The notes under the pieces were generated by a model. It saw nothing but the letters and a program-made list of their open reading frames with translations. It ran no database searches and was not told the origin of the DNA. Positions 1 through 14,867 of a stretch of DNA of 64,000 nt are shown piece after piece. Each line of letters opens with the position of its first letter. Position 1 is the stretch's first letter. Source of the stretch: Chrysomallon squamiferum (lineage: Eukaryota; Animalia; Mollusca); contig CM022674.1 in NCBI GenBank assembly GCA_012295275.1, positions 7,192,001 to 7,256,000 on the forward strand, given 5' to 3'. Made by a program: the position numbers and the translations under genes.

Positions 1-3000
1 AGTACTGAAAGGCTTCATCTGCATTTTTCTTAGCAGCTGAAATTTCTCTTCTAAATTTATTACTCTTAGATATCTGAAAATTAGTCAAACATATTTTTAA
101 AAATCTCATCAATGAAAACAAAATGAATTTACTAGACTTACTTTTACAATATAAAATTACTTTGCATTATTAATTTTCACAAAATCAAAAAAGATTATCG
201 ACCAAATTTAATTTAAATACATATATATATATTTATATATTAAATAAGGAAAGTAAATCTTTGAAAGTTATTGCAAGCATTGTTTAAAAACAAAGTTACT
301 AATTCTATTTCCTACCTGGTATTTTAAATCTATGTTTATTAATTTAAAACTAATGAAATATAACAAAGAACTAACATGTTCATTAGGATTGTCACTGTAA
401 GGACATATACAAGAGATACGTATCCATGCTCTCGACACTTTATCATCAAAGAAGACAACATGATACCGAACCTGTTAACAAAATTAAAATTATACTGACA
501 GAATTTTTAATGTTTTATGTCACAATTTTATAGTTTTTCACATTTCATTAAATTTAAAAAATCAAAATCAAATGAGTATCATCATGATCATCATTATCAT
601 CATAATGTCCATAATGGTCAATGTTGTGTTGCAGCCATACTGATGGTACAGTAACAGCTGCTCAACATTCTGACAGTCTAACAATGTCCACTGTTTTCCA
701 CTAGGTCCAACTTCCAAATTTGCCTTGGGCATCCCTAAAGAAACATGATAAAGGATAGGAAAACACTCTGTGCCTTTTTTGGATACATAAAGAGGATATA
801 TATACTTTTATGTAAAATGCAATAATTGGAAATGTACCTGTATATATGATCACTCTTGTATGTATGCTTACTATACTTACTGGGTGCATGCTGGATGACT
901 CAGTCTCAAAATATTCATCATAATCAGGATCTATTTCTATCATTCCAGGCCACCTAGAATATTTGGCACATATGTTACATTAATATTTGCTAACGTTTTT
1001 TTAATTATGTAATCAACTAAATTAAAAAAGAAATTATTTTTATTATTTCTTATAAATATTCAAACTTTTCTATAAAAATTCAGAAATCTTCAAATATTAC
1101 ACTTTTTTAAACACCTGTCAGATTATTTGTATTTTGCATATTCAAAACTTTCTGCCCCTGAAATCAAAGAATGAACTTCAACAACAACAAGATGACTGCC
1201 AATAAACTATTATACATGATTTTTTTTTTGGTCTAAAGTCAGGAGAAAGAAATAAAATATTACCAGGGATAGCCATCAAGTTTTGCCCAAACTATTGAAC
1301 CTTCAGTAAACTTAGTAAAAATATGATCTTCTTCATTGTACTCTTCTTCTGATTTGTCACAAGTGTTGTAAAGTTCATCTGCAAACAAACTGCTTTATAC
1401 CAAAGTATTTGGACTTTGTAGATAACATTATAAATATACATACAAGAATGTCCCATTTTTTGACATTAGCAAATTTTCTTTATAATTAGATTCAAAAAGA
1501 AGTCAAATAAATTAATATTCCAGTTACTTAACTAACTATGGATATTATTATATACATTTTTTTTTTTTTTTGAAGTTATAAATGAAATGTATGGGTTTTA
1601 TAAATAATAGCAATATGAGTATATATGTATGTCAGTGGATGTGATTGTTTTTATCTGTATTTTATCTATCAGTGCAACAACATATTAATGAACATTAATA
1701 CACACAGACATACATACACACTTACACTTACATATATGTGGTATTATTATGTCTACATTTGTAATAATAATTTCATATTGTTCTTATTTGAATCCATTAA
1801 TCTTTGAAAACAAAGTATAATAACAAAATAATAGTTTAAACTATACTATAAATCTTGCAGACAAACCTGGATGCATGCTACATTGCCATTCACTAGGTAG
1901 AGTAATAGGATCTGCAACATTGGGCAAATAGCGCCATTTGTGACATGATGGGTTTCCACACTGCACCCAAGTTCCTATATATAATTAATTACTCAAAGTA
2001 AGATATTGATATCTTTTTGTTAATCTCTTGCACATAACTGTACTCAGTTTGCTACATATAATTAATAAGTCAGTGTCTTTTCTAGATAATAATCATCCTG
2101 TGTATAAATTTATAATTAATTAGTCACAGTAATATATTATTGTCTTTCTGTTTCCCATTCTTTAAGATACATTCATAATGGAGCCAGTAAGCATTACGTA
2201 TTCATAAACACACACATAGACACACACACACAAACATATACACAAGTGATTTTTGTTTTTAAATCCTAAAAAAAATTATGTGTGTGTGTGTGTGTGTGTG
2301 TGTGTCACAGATTATAAAATATTGGATTTTGTTTAAATACAAATTGAAATAAAATATTCTGTTAACACACCCATTTCTTCAATTTCTCTTTCTTTCATTA
2401 TGACCTGCAGAGAAACCTGCTTCTTCTGGGTTGATTTGGGTGATGATATTTTTGCTTCTACTACTGATGATTTCTTAACTAAAATAGATTACAGAATGTA
2501 TTCTAAGCTATATATATTATTTCTATCTACATTTTTATTTTATTTTACTTATTTATTTATTATTATTTTCTTTGGTTATGCTGTAATAATGAAAATTAGT
2601 TTAATCTTACTAACTCCTCAAGACTCAAGAGCTCTATTTTTAAAAATTAAATATAATTTATATATTTATTCATTCAACCCACCTCGTTCAAAGATATTAG
2701 TTTTCTCTCTGTTTAAATTTTGTTCTTCATTTCCATCATTCTCTTCAAACTTCCTTTTGTTTACTGATGGCTTCTGTTTTTCTTTCTGTTCAAAACTGGT
2801 TTCTTCAGAATCCATTATTTTAGTGGCATTAATTACAGTTGTATTGAAAAATAAACACTAAAATTTAATACTTTCTAATATTTAAATATATTTTCTAACA
2901 TAGTAATTAAGAATTATGAAGTGACTGTTGTGTGTTTATAAAAAAAGATATTGTCTGTTAATAGAAACTAATTACATTCATTGTCAAATATTAGTAATTA

Positions 3001-4859
3001 TAATCTGATTAAACAAAAATTAATTTTAAAAATTTCTTATGGATATTACAATGGTATTAATATCTTTAAGAGAAGTCATGGAAAATTTGTTCTCAGAATA
3101 CTTTAAAGTTGACAGGGGTCAAAAATAAAGATAAGTTTAACAAAGATATGAATGAAAAAAATAAACTTTTTGTCTTTCAGTGATTTTTATAAATCAACTG
3201 AAAGGAAACTATTTGCATACACCATGACCTTTGATACATTCATCTAGGACAACTGTCTGGATTGAGAAATAGTTATTGAGCATGCAGAGGATAGTTGATT
3301 TTGAATCAGTCATATCAAAACTAAGTCTTAAATACTAAACTTCAGATCTTATCCATGCTGAAGAAGATATGAAAATTTATTAAAAGGATAAAAAGTTGCT
3401 ATTTGATTAAATTCTTACTTGGTTGTTCACTGTTTGTTTTATCAATTTTTTTACAATACTCATCATTCCTGTAATAAAATCTTTGTTTTCTTAAGCAATT
3501 ATAATATTATAAAATCAAAAGAATATCACTAGATAAAAATAACATAGAACAGAATCATAAATCATATTTAAATGTACTATTGTAAATTAATTTAAAAAGT
3601 AATAATAATATAAAATGATAGAAACAACCCTGTTTATATTATAAATCTGAGTTTTATTAAATCACCTTTAAATGTATCTGTACACATCACAATAAAGACT
3701 GTTTAAATAACCTTAATTAAAATCTCAAACATTTACCTTTCCCATTTATCAATATCATTCACACTGATTTCATCATCACCATCATTCGAGTCTTCTTTGT
3801 TATGGGCTGATTCACTGTCTGATTTATTTTCTGATCTGTTTTCTTTATCAGATTCTTTTTTCAACTTTTCCATTGATTCTTGTGCTGCAAAGTCACATGC
3901 TATCCAAGTATCAGTGAGTTCATCTGTACATATGTGTGTGTGTATGCATATTTGAGTGTTAATGTGTTTAAAATACATTTGAACAGATACAACAAATATA
4001 TAACTTGTGCTATTAGGACATATATATTTATATATTCAATTAAAAATATTGATCTCACCTTCTTTTTCAACTCTCTCCAAAACTGCATCAAATATAATTT
4101 TGTATTCTTCATCTGTTAATGATCTCACAGGCATGATAGTTCTTTCTTTACTTTTCTTTTAAATATAATAATAATAATAATAACAATAATAATGCTAGTA
4201 ATAATAATAATAATTGTAATAATAATAACAATAATTATTATTATTGTAACAAAAACAAGATTAAGAAGAAGAAGGATAACAAAAACAAAAACAATAGAAT
4301 AAAATATTTTCTCCCATTCAATTAGAAAAACACTTTATTTGACTGACTAAAGCACTGATAAATTCTAAAAACAGAACTAGTAATAATTATATTAATATAT
4401 GGTTTTAAAAATATTTTTTTGAAATTTATCTCAGGCTTCTAAAATATAAATATTTCACCTTTTTATTTTTTTCTTTCTCTGGTTCTAATGATGGATCATC
4501 TTTTGCAACAGGCACTACAAAATTTTATAATTAATATTTTTTATATGTATAATGTGAAACTAGACAAACAATTGTAATTAATTTTATTGAAATTTTGAAA
4601 GTCAGTTGGGAGGATACATTTCATTTTAATTGTTGGGTTGTTAAACATGCATAAGATATATCTTACTTTTGTTTTATAAGAGGAATGGCAAGGAAGAAAA
4701 TAAATATAGTTATTCATTTTTTTATCAATAATATATTTGGTTAATTACTAATATATATACTGTTTTGCTTGTAACAATTTAATTTTCTTACAATTTTTAA
4801 TAAATTCACCATAATGTAAAACTACCTGAAAATGATGGCTTCTTCTTTTCATTTTCCAT
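1..4859 (-). CDS. ZCWPW1: Zinc finger CW-type PWWP domain protein 1-like (H3K4me3/H3K36me3 reader); 3' end lies outside the window
   Basis: GT-AG exons on the minus strand: 4859-4826 (ATG, MENEKKKPSFS), 4514-4459, 4155-4059 (SLTDEEYKIIFDAVLER, resembling the ZCWPW1 N-terminal motif), 3923-3737, 3468-3419, an uncertain micro-exon near 3357-3341, 2857-2683, 2478-2371, 1974-1867 (zf-CW: WVQCGNPSCHKWRYL...W.C), 1378-1264 and 953-881 (PWWP: GSIVWAKLDGYPWWPGMI), 471-376 (YHVVFFDDKVSRAWI), 73-1. Phases are consistent except around 3419-2857. Confidence 0.85.
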
Positions 4860-5663
4860 TTTTCAAAACTCTTATAAAAAATGTTTAAATTTTAAAAATT
4901 AAAAATTAAATGGAAACAAGAATAATAATAAATAAATATATAATATATTTTAAAAATTATTTTGTAAATAATTAAGTCTAAATCGTCAACCCTGCATCTG
5001 AAAATACCAAAATCCTTCTTATACAAAAATGCACGCTCGCACGCGCATGGCAGACGAAAAAAAAATGAAGACTTCTAAATTAACCTCATAACCTCTTTCT
5101 GATCTGTGTGTACATACAGATACTGATAAAGCTTACATTTTTAACAGCTTTTAATTAATTTGTGTTGCAATTAATTTTAAATCTACCGCTAAAAGAAACT
5201 TATTGATAAATATCAAACATTAAAATAGTTCAAGGCAATTTTCTGGAAGTAAAAACAAAACAAAATCTAAGTAAAAAGAAAATCAAAGCATTTTATAAAA
5301 GAAAATGCATTAAATAATCTTGTTGGAAAAGTATTATTATTATTATTATTAATTTTTTTTTTAGATGTTAATAAAACCAAATAAAAAATTCGACACATCG
5401 ATAGCTTAATTGACACTGATTATAGCGAGCACTTGACAGACGATATTGTGATTTCCTGTTTGTTCCCGTCATGCTTCGCCCAAAATATTACCTAGAAAGT
5501 AGTTTATTATTGTTTTTAAATTAATCGTAGGCGTCATTTGATATGAACTAATGGCAGTGTATCCATTTTTTTTTTTTTTTTTTTTTTTTTTTCTTTTTCT
5601 TTTTTTGGTTCAATATATAGAATATCACCACTGTTTTTAGTAATTTAATTTAAGTTACATTAA

Positions 5664-5731
<68 letters not shown>

Positions 5732-6616
5732 GTTGTTGTTGTTGTAGTACCAACAGTAGTACTGGTAGCAGTATTAATAATACATTTAATAATTTTATTG
5801 CACTTATTTTCTATTTTAAAAAAAATGAGGTAATATTATAATCTAGCTGTTTTTAAAGCAATAATGATATTTGTTATGAATTATTATTTTTTTAAAATTA
5901 TTTATGACAAAAATAAAATAAAAAGGGTGATTTTGTTGCTAGTGGCTAGATAAATTAATAAATAAATTCAGAATGAATAAATATACATATAATACATTTT
6001 TAAAAAGTAACAACAATTTTATTATTATTAATTTTTAAATATGTAAGTATGATAAGAAGAATATGTGAATAATGAGAAAATGTTAATGGATATATCCTTT
6101 CATTTTGAATTGAATTTATTTTGTATTATTATTATTAATATTATTATTATTATTTTAATAAAAGTAATAATTTGATATTTAAATTTCCCGCTGTTAAAAA
6201 AAGACCATCTTTCTTGTTCGGAAAGTAGAATCATTCGGATGTGAACAGCTGTATATCAAATGCGCAGGCGCAATGTAAAAATTAGCGAAGAAACGAGCTG
6301 CTTAAATTGGGCTTATATCCGAGTTTGTGGCATCCTTGGACTCCAGGTGACGTTCGGAGGACATTATATGAAGTTTTATCATTCGATTTCTAGTGTTATT
6401 ATTGTTGCAAAAGGTCAACTTTGTTATTTTTGACTACGAATAAGTCGTTGATTTGACGTCCTCCATTTGTACCACCAGGTGGCGCTTATGTTTACGTAAA
6501 TGTGTCGTCGTAAACAAGTGTTCGGCTTACGGTAGACCAAAAGAAATACTGCATTATCTTTAAATGTGGAATGTCGACTGATTAATAAAGTCGCATTGGT
6601 TAGTAAAATATTAACA
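4860..6616. promoter_or_regulatory. Probable bidirectional promoter region between ZCWPW1-like and MEPCE
   Basis: Divergent ATGs at 4859 (-) and 6617 (+). CpG-containing patches at about 5030-5060, 5390-5540 and 6190-6600 in an AT-rich background. NRF1-like TGCGCAGGCGCA at 6261-6272 and ETS-like ATTTCCTG at 5451-5458. TSS positions are not determined. Confidence 0.55.
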
Positions 6617-9600
6617 ATGAGTGTTGGTGTTAAAACACCCACTCGATCTCAGTTTGAACATGCTGAATTTCTTTGTGGAGATCTAGTTTCATCCCCCAAA
6701 GAAATGGCACCGTCGAATAAAACTTCTGCTTTGGAAAGCATTGATAATAATACAAAGACGGTGATGGATTCTCGATGTAACTCGGTCAGTAAGGATTACC
6801 TAAATGTAGATGGAGCGTCTCGTTGTCATAATGCTTCGTCACTGAATCGCTCTGACAAACAAGAAACGTCTTTCAGAAAGCGTCGATATTCACAGCCGCA
6901 AAAATCTTTGGAAAATACGACATTTGGTGGTTTGAGAAAAAGAAGACTGCAGAGTCAAGCTGAACTTAAAATTGGAGAAAAAGGTGGAAATATTATTTTA
7001 CCTACAAAATTTCTTCTTGGTGGTAATATTAATGATCCTTTAAATTTGAATGGACTTTATGAAGACGACGTAGGAAGAATTCTTAACGAACGTACACCAG
7101 AATCATCACCATTGCCCACACCAGCACATCGTAATAATGTTGAAGTAAAAATTCCACCAAATATTACTGATCCTCTGAACTTGAATTCAGATGATTTTGA
7201 CAACAAAAATGTTAAAAAGAGGAAACGGAGTTATTACAACAGACACAAAAGGAAAGAAAGTGTCCCACAACTGCAGCATTCAACTCCAGTAGCAGGAAAA
7301 GACAGTTCCGATAATGGAAAAGATCTCTTCAATCCACTGAAAATAGAAATAGACTCGTCAAATGAAATTTGTGATGATGTTGATACAGATCTTTCACTGG
7401 ACATTCAGATTGCTAATTTGAATAAAAGTGTGGCACCTAACAAAATTGTTTCTCCAGTCATCCCCCAGGCATCTCCAAAGGTTAGAAGACGAAGAATGAC
7501 AATAAGTGAATGCAAAGCTGAAAGTTCATCTGAAACAGCAAGAGTGCTTTTTCGCAGCTCCAGTAGTCCTGATAATCATAAAATATCACCATTCAGAAAA
7601 AACAAAAAATTGCTTGTAAGTCCAAAAAATGTTGCTGCAAAGCCAAAAACTTCTTCAAAGGAGAAATTTGTGCATGGTAATTACAACCGTTACTATGGAT
7701 ACCGAAATCCTGGGCAAGAGAGGGACCATAGAATGGAGTGTTTTGATTCTGAGTGGTTTGAGTGCAAAGATGTGTTGGATATTGGATGTAATGTTGGAAA
7801 TTTAACACTAGCCATTGCTAGAGATTTCAGGCCACAAAAAATTGTTGGCATGGACATTGATGGTGCTCTTATTAAAACTGCAAGAAAAAATATTCGCCAG
7901 TATCTTTCTTCCTGTGTTGTAGACATTGGTAAATATCCCGTTTCCAGTTTTGCAAACTATGGACCTATTTCAGCACCAACTGTTGGAGATTCTAAATCAA
8001 TATCAACATTTCCAAATAACATCATGTTCATTCAGGTATCTATACTATTTAGTTTTAACAGTTAAATTACATTGATTTTAAAAAGTGTGTTTGTGTGCAT
8101 GATTTATATATGTAATAATCCATGCAGAAAATCATATTTAAAATAATAGTTTTTATTATTAATATAATTTTTGTACTTTTATTTTATTTATTTGTGTAAA
8201 ATTTTTATATCATATTTCATTTTTATTTATTTATTTAATTATATTTGTTTGTTTGTTTTTGTAATTAAAACAAGATAAATTATAACACTAGCTGCATTCT
8301 GGAAATACTTTTTAAAATTTTACATTTCTAAGCGAGTGTTTTACTTTGTAATTAAAAATTATAAAAATTAAATAGCAAGGTTCTGTAGATACTCTGAGAA
8401 ATTTATCCAATTATTTCCCCATTTGTCCATGTTGTATTTTCTTTTTCTTTCTTTCTTTATTATTATCATTTTTTTTTTTTTTATTATTATTTATTATGGT
8501 TATTGTTGTATACATGCACATAAGTGGTGAGAAATGCTAAAAGAAACAACCTTGACAGACTTATTAAATTGGTCTGTAAAACAATTACTAAGTCTGTCTT
8601 GATTTTTTCTTTCTGTGAAATGTTAATGAAACAGGGACAAGGCAGCCTCTGCATCTTTAATAACCAGTTACATTATTGTTTATTTTAGGCTAAATTAGGG
8701 TTGGCTAAAACAGATCTTGGAAGTGTCTTATTTATTAACTGTTGACTCAAGTCTGGGAGTTTGTTAAAACCAGCTCAGAATATTGTTTAAAAAATAAAAA
8801 AAAGAAGAGGAAAGAAATCGTAAAAATTTATATTTTGAAATTGTTTGTTCATGAAAGTACATTTTATTAAGAAACAGTGCATTCAGACAGAAATATGCTA
8901 AGTGTATTCTTGTTTGTGATAACTCCTCTGTATATACTGTTAAAATGGTGTTTTACCGAGTTTTGATAATTAACTTGCAGGGCGATGTTGTGTTGGAGGA
9001 TGACAGCATGCTGCAGTACCAGCAGGAAGAATACGACATGATCCTCGCACTCAGCATCACCAAATGGATCCACCTCAACCATGGGGACAGCGGCCTCAAG
9101 CGAGTCTTCAAGAGAATGTTCAAACAACTGCGTCCTGGTGGAAAGTTGATCCTTGAGCCTCAGCCATGGTCATCGTACAAGAAACGAAAGAAGTTAAATG
9201 TAAGCCTTAAAAATTATTTTTCTAATGAACTTGATGAATGAAAATATAATATAATTGCATTATTAAGCAGTATGTTCACAGTTAATAAAGAAGCATTAAT
9301 ATATTGTAATTATTATAATTGTATATTTTCTGAACACACATATTTACAAAATAATTACTTTTTTCCTTACATGTTTTATGAACTGAAAATAGACATAATT
9401 TTTTTTGATGCATAAGATCATTGCATTATTAAGCAGTATGTTCATACTTAATAAAGACATGTTAATGTGTTATAATTATTATAATTGTTTCTTTTCTGAA
9501 CACATATATTTACAAAATAATTACTTTTCCATGTTTTAAGAACTGAAAATAGAAATCAAGAGTACACTTCTCATTATTGTTATACTCGCAGATCAAACAT

Positions 9601-10617
9601 GAGTAAATGTCTTGCATTAGTTTATACTTGTAATAAACAATAAGCATTAATTAAATTTGTTATGTAATTTAATATAGTTTTACTTTTGTCAGAATATTTT
9701 TTAAATATTTATAAATTTATTTTCAGGAGAAGATTTTTAGTAACTATCAAAGTATTGAACTGAAACCTGATGCATTTAGAAATTACCTCTTGACTGAGGT
9801 TGGATTTAGCAAGTGTGAGGTTATTGGTGTTCCATTCAATAAATCTAAAGGTCAGTAATGACAGTTTTATGTTTTATTATTTTATTTAATAAATTTACAT
9901 AACACGTTTGACTAAATTTGAATAATTCAATCAAACAGTTATTAGCCTTTTAAAGAAATAATTTGGATTCAGTTAATATAAATGTATGTAGCTAATAGTT
10001 TAAATTATTTATATTTTAACATTCAGTATTTATTTATTTATTTATTTATTTATTTTTTAAATTCTTTAAATTATTCTTATTTTTGTTATTGTTAATAAAT
10101 ATGTATAGTTTTTAAATTTTATTTTATCATCACAAATATCTCGTATTTTAATTCAGGTTTCCGAAGACCACTACAGCTGTACACAAAACCAGACACCATC
10201 AGCAACACACCCAGTGTCCCTGAAACAGAGGAAAATAAAAAAAATGAATCCAAGCAGCAAAGCGAAGAAAAGACCGCTACTGTAACAAATTCTCAAGAAA
10301 ATCTCGACAGAGAACTGGACAATAACTGGAAAGAATCTAGTGCTAAAACTGAAAACATGCAAAACGAATCAACTTTGTGTGATGATAAGCAATCTGTAAA
10401 ACCAGAAATAAGTGCTAACTCAGAAATAATGAAATCATATGCAGAGTTACAAACCTTTGACAACAAAACATCGGGAATGTCAGACACTAGTGCTAACACT
10501 GAAGTGACACAGACAGATATGAGGACAAACACCGTTGTGGATGATGATGTTAAAATGCAAAGTAGAGAAAATAATGTTGAAGCCATACAGATGTTTACTA
10601 ACAATAAAATAATGTAG
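6617..10617 (+). CDS. MEPCE: 7SK snRNA methylphosphate capping enzyme (Bin3/BCDIN3 family), about 740 aa
   Basis: Exons 6617-8035, 8981-9199, 9727-9850 and 10157-10617, all GT-AG and in phase. Motifs: [33 protein letters not shown] motif [51 protein letters not shown]. The first ATG is at 6617; the ORF track starts at an upstream GTG. Confidence 0.95.
9253..9553 (+). repeat. Intronic tandem duplication (2 copies of about 135-140 bp, spacing about 167 bp) in MEPCE intron 2
   Basis: ATTGCATTATTAAGCAGTATGTTCA...GAACTGAAAATAGA occurs at about 9253-9393 and 9420-9553. Confidence 0.8.
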
Positions 10618-12789
10618 AAGCTGAAGGGAAACCGAATCTTTGAAAGTTTGATGTTAATCTGACGATAACTGTTAGAGATTTAAAAATAATAATAATAATA
10701 AAAAAATAAAACTAGGGACTTTTATTGGAATGAATTAAGAACCGCAGCGTGTCAAAATGTTATCATATTTTTTTTAAAAGTTCAATGATTTTGTTAATTT
10801 TAATTCTTTGCTTTTTTTTAAAAATTAATAAAAAGTTTTTTAAAAAAATAGAAAATTAAAACTCAGCATTTGATGTAGAAAAATTTTTTTTTTTTTTTTT
10901 TTTTTTTGTCTTCCAAAATATGTTGACTGTTTTATTATTATAATAATTATTACTATATTTTATTATTTAAATTATTATTATTTTTACTTATTGTTTTCAA
11001 GAGACTGTTTACCAAGATTCATATGTTGATGATAATAATCAAAACTTTTCAGTACATGTTGCATTGTTCCATTTTCATGTTAAATTACTTTGCTTGTAAA
11101 CATTGGCTGTTTTGTTTTTGTTTTTGTTTTTTTGCTCATTCCTGTATGCAAACCTAGCATTATTAAAATATAGTTCAATGAATTCTGTGTTGTTATTTTA
11201 GTTATTTGTAAGTGATTTATTTTTAGTTCAGTTTGGGCTTTAGATTTAAAGTAAGGCTGTCTAAAATAAAAGGAAATGTACCAGAATGAAAACTGACAGA
11301 TTTATAAATGGGCTGACCTGATATAAAAATTTGTAAACGGTCTGATCTCATGTTAAAATTTATAAATAGGCTGACCTGATAATTCACAATTCCTATGTTA
11401 AAATATATAACTGGGCTGTCCTGCTAGGGAAATTAATATTCAAATGTATAAATAGTAAACAGACTGACGTAAAAAAAAACAACAACAATAAACTGACAAA
11501 AAGCATTATAAATAGAAATGAATATGCATTATTTTGGTATTGTCAGGTTAAGATTTTTAAATAAATAAGCAAAACGTGTAATACTTACTTGGAATGTGTT
11601 TAAAACTGTTTCTAATCTCAGCCATATATGTAATCTGTGAAAAAAATAATTTATATAAAAAAAAATATTTTTGTGTTTGTGTGTGAGTGTGGATTCTTTC
11701 AGATTGTGAACTTAGAGAATCTTTGTCCTTTAAATATTTCCTGTTTGAAATCATCAAATCATGAATTAAGGTTTTGTTAATAAAATTTGTATGAAACGGG
11801 GAAATATTTTGAAGGAAAGAATGTCAGTTCCACATGAATGCACAAGACAAAAACACATGGTAACATATACAGACTAGTTTCCACACAAACCAAAATTTTT
11901 CAAATAAATATTTTCTTTTGAAAACAAAAGATAAACCCCCAAAACCCCCATATATCTGTTTATCATAAAAGTTCAAAAAAACAAACAAACAGCATACAGC
12001 AGAATGAGCTTACACTGTGTTTATATGTAGATTAAACACAAATACAAATACTCTTAAGTAGGTGTGTTTGGGAATAATGTGTTTTTTTTTTTTTGTTGAT
12101 GCAAGACATTGTTTCAGATATATGTATTATTTATATAGTCACTAAACTTGATATTCAGTTTGTATATAACTGGTGTTGTTTGTGATTACTGTCACTCTTC
12201 CCACTAACCCATCATCCACCTTGTGTTGCATCATAACACAACTAGCAGGGTAAAGACAAATTAGTTTCCTATTATCATCCATGATTACTGAGTGAGCTTT
12301 TAAATATTTCTGATGCCTCTGACATCTTTGTGTGCAAAGTTCACCCAGTACACCCAGAATATACACCTCTATATACAAGAGACATTTCTTCAGATCATCA
12401 TCTAGCTGTTTGAATAAAAATGGCTGAAACACAGCATCAAACACAATCATTGATCATTTCTTTTACTAATATTTAAAACAGCAAAACAATAATAATAGTA
12501 ATAGTACAGTAGTATAACAGTAATATAATGGTGGTTGTGCTAAATAGGAAATTTTGGTAGAATATATTTTAAAAACACTAAAAGAAAAAATATATTAGAC
12601 TCAAACTTATGGCATTAGAGAGATATTTGGAACTCAGTCTTTGAAGGATTTTAAAACTAAATGAAAACTGTTTTCTCTAGTTATCGCACTTCGATTATAA
12701 TCTCTAACGAAATTTCTTAAGATAATACTAATGATAGATGTGTTACCAGGTACTTCACTAATACACTAAATATTAATGTCAAATAAAAT

Positions 12790-13360
12790 GAATCAGTTAT
12801 ATTTAATAAAATAATCATTTCAGCAACAAATAAAGATAGAAAAATGTTAGAACAATGTTTATGTAAAAAACCCTACGGATGAACCGACAGCAGTTCAAAT
12901 TAAAAGGAATGGTTAAAATATTAATATACATATTGCATTTAACAACATTTTATTATTATTAGTAGTAGTAGTAGTAGGAGTAGTAGTAATAGAAGTAGTA
13001 ATATAATAATTTGTAATTTTATAATTAAAGATACGCAAGCTCTGCTAAGCTCAGTAAATTTATTGATGATTAATTTTTTATTATTATTGTTGTTGTTGTC
13101 GTAATCGTCGTCGTAGTGGTTGCTTTTTATCGATGCTGTTATTATTATCGTTGTTCTTTATTTTATTCTTCGTATTATTATTATTATTATAATTATAATT
13201 ATTATAATTTTTAATTAATTATTATTATTACTAGTAGTAGTAGAAGAAGTAGTAGTAGTAGGATAAATCTGTACCATTAGTTTTTCTTCTCTGAGAAATG
13301 ATCACAGATATATTTAGAGTTACCCCCCTTGTCTGAGAAAGATTCACTAATATTTCGATT
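12790..13360 (+). repeat. Diverged direct copy of the 28050-28950 block
   Basis: CCCTACGGATGAACCGACAGCAGTTCAAATTAAAAGGAATGGTTAAAATATTAATATACATATTG is at both about 12871 and about 28136. 13270-13345 resembles 28890-28960. Confidence 0.8.
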
Positions 13361-13779
13361 AGGCTTATTTCCCTTTAGTGATATGTGTTCACAAACATAG
13401 ATTAGAGTTAGGTGCCTTATGTGAGATGTACACACTAAGCAAAGTAACAATTACTTCGATTAGACTTATTTCCCATTGTTGAGATGTGTTCACAAAACAT
13501 AGATTTGAAGTTATCTAAATACTTAAAATAAGATTTCGTCACTGACCTAAAGATAGAAAAATTATCAAACAAATGGAACCTAAAAAAACGGATGAACTTC
13601 GATCGTTTTAATGATTAAAACGAATGGTTCTTTATTAATATACATTTTTATTTATTCTATTTTGTTATTATTACTAGTAGTATAATAAACAAAATCAGTA
13701 AATAAAATAATTTTTTTTTTTATAATTAAATTTATTATTTTTTTTCTATGTTATGAATATTCTGAAATTGATTTAATTT

Positions 13780-14085
13780 TTTAAATTTTTCAGGCAATGT
13801 TTAATTAATTGAATTTTGTTTCTTTTACAATTGTATGCTGTTTCTTATTATCGTTGTTTTTTATTTTATTCTTGTATTATTATGTTTGATTGTGTATTAT
13901 TGTACCTGTCGGTCTGTGTAGATATATATATACTAAGCAAGGAAAAATCATATCCATTAGTTTTTCTTCCTTAGGTGAGATGATATATTTAAGTCTTCGA
14001 TTGTTTTAAAGTTTTACTAAGTTGATTCTTTATTTGTTTTACTTATTTATTTATTCTATCCTGTCTACTTTCGTTATTGTTGTAC
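13780..14085 (-). repeat. Degenerate inverted fragment of the satellite unit
   Basis: Reverse complement of satellite motifs, e.g. TTAATTAATTGAATTTTGTTTCTTTTACAATTGTA and ACTTATTTATTTATTCTATCCTGTCTACTTT. Confidence 0.75.
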
Positions 14086-14109
14086 AATAAAAAAGCAAAG
14101 TAACAATTC

Positions 14110-14816
14110 TTCGATACAAATAAAGAACCACTTTGAAACTTTAAAACGATCGAAGCCTCAGTGAGTACATCTCACCTAAGGGACCTAACACTAATATATG
14201 TTCGTGAACACATATCACTAAAGGGAGATCAGTCTAATCGATCGAATTTTTTCTTTGCTTAGTGAGTACATCTCACGTAAGGGACATAACTCTAATCGAC
14301 CGGATTTTTACTTTGCTTACTGATTACATCTCAAGTAAGGGACCTAACTCTAATCGATATAATTTTTTCTTTGATTAGCATATATATATATACACAGACA
14401 GACAGACACACACACACACACACACACACACTTACACAGAGAAAACATCTGGTACTCAATGGATATACAATAGTAAAAGAAATAAAATTCAATTAATTAA
14501 AAATTGCCAGAAAATTTAAAAACAAATAAGTTTCAGAATATTCATAAATACAAAAACAAATAATAAATTCTGATATAAAAAACCGCTTTTATCAAGTGAC
14601 ACAATAAATTATTTTATTTACTGATTTTTTTATTCTAACAACAATAAGCAAAGTAGACAGGATAGAATAAATAAATAAGTAAACAAATAAAGAACAACTT
14701 TAAAACTTTAAAACGATCGAAGACTCAGTGAGTACATCTCACCTAAGGGACCTAACTCTAATCGATATGATTTTTTCTTTGCTTAGTATATATATATATA
14801 TATATATATACAGACA

Positions 14817-14867
<51 letters not shown>

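Noticed and set aside
12142-12450. 102-aa minus-strand ORF downstream of MEPCE
   Set aside because: No recognisable domain, no convincing splice partners and a non-ATG start. It cannot be supported without a search.
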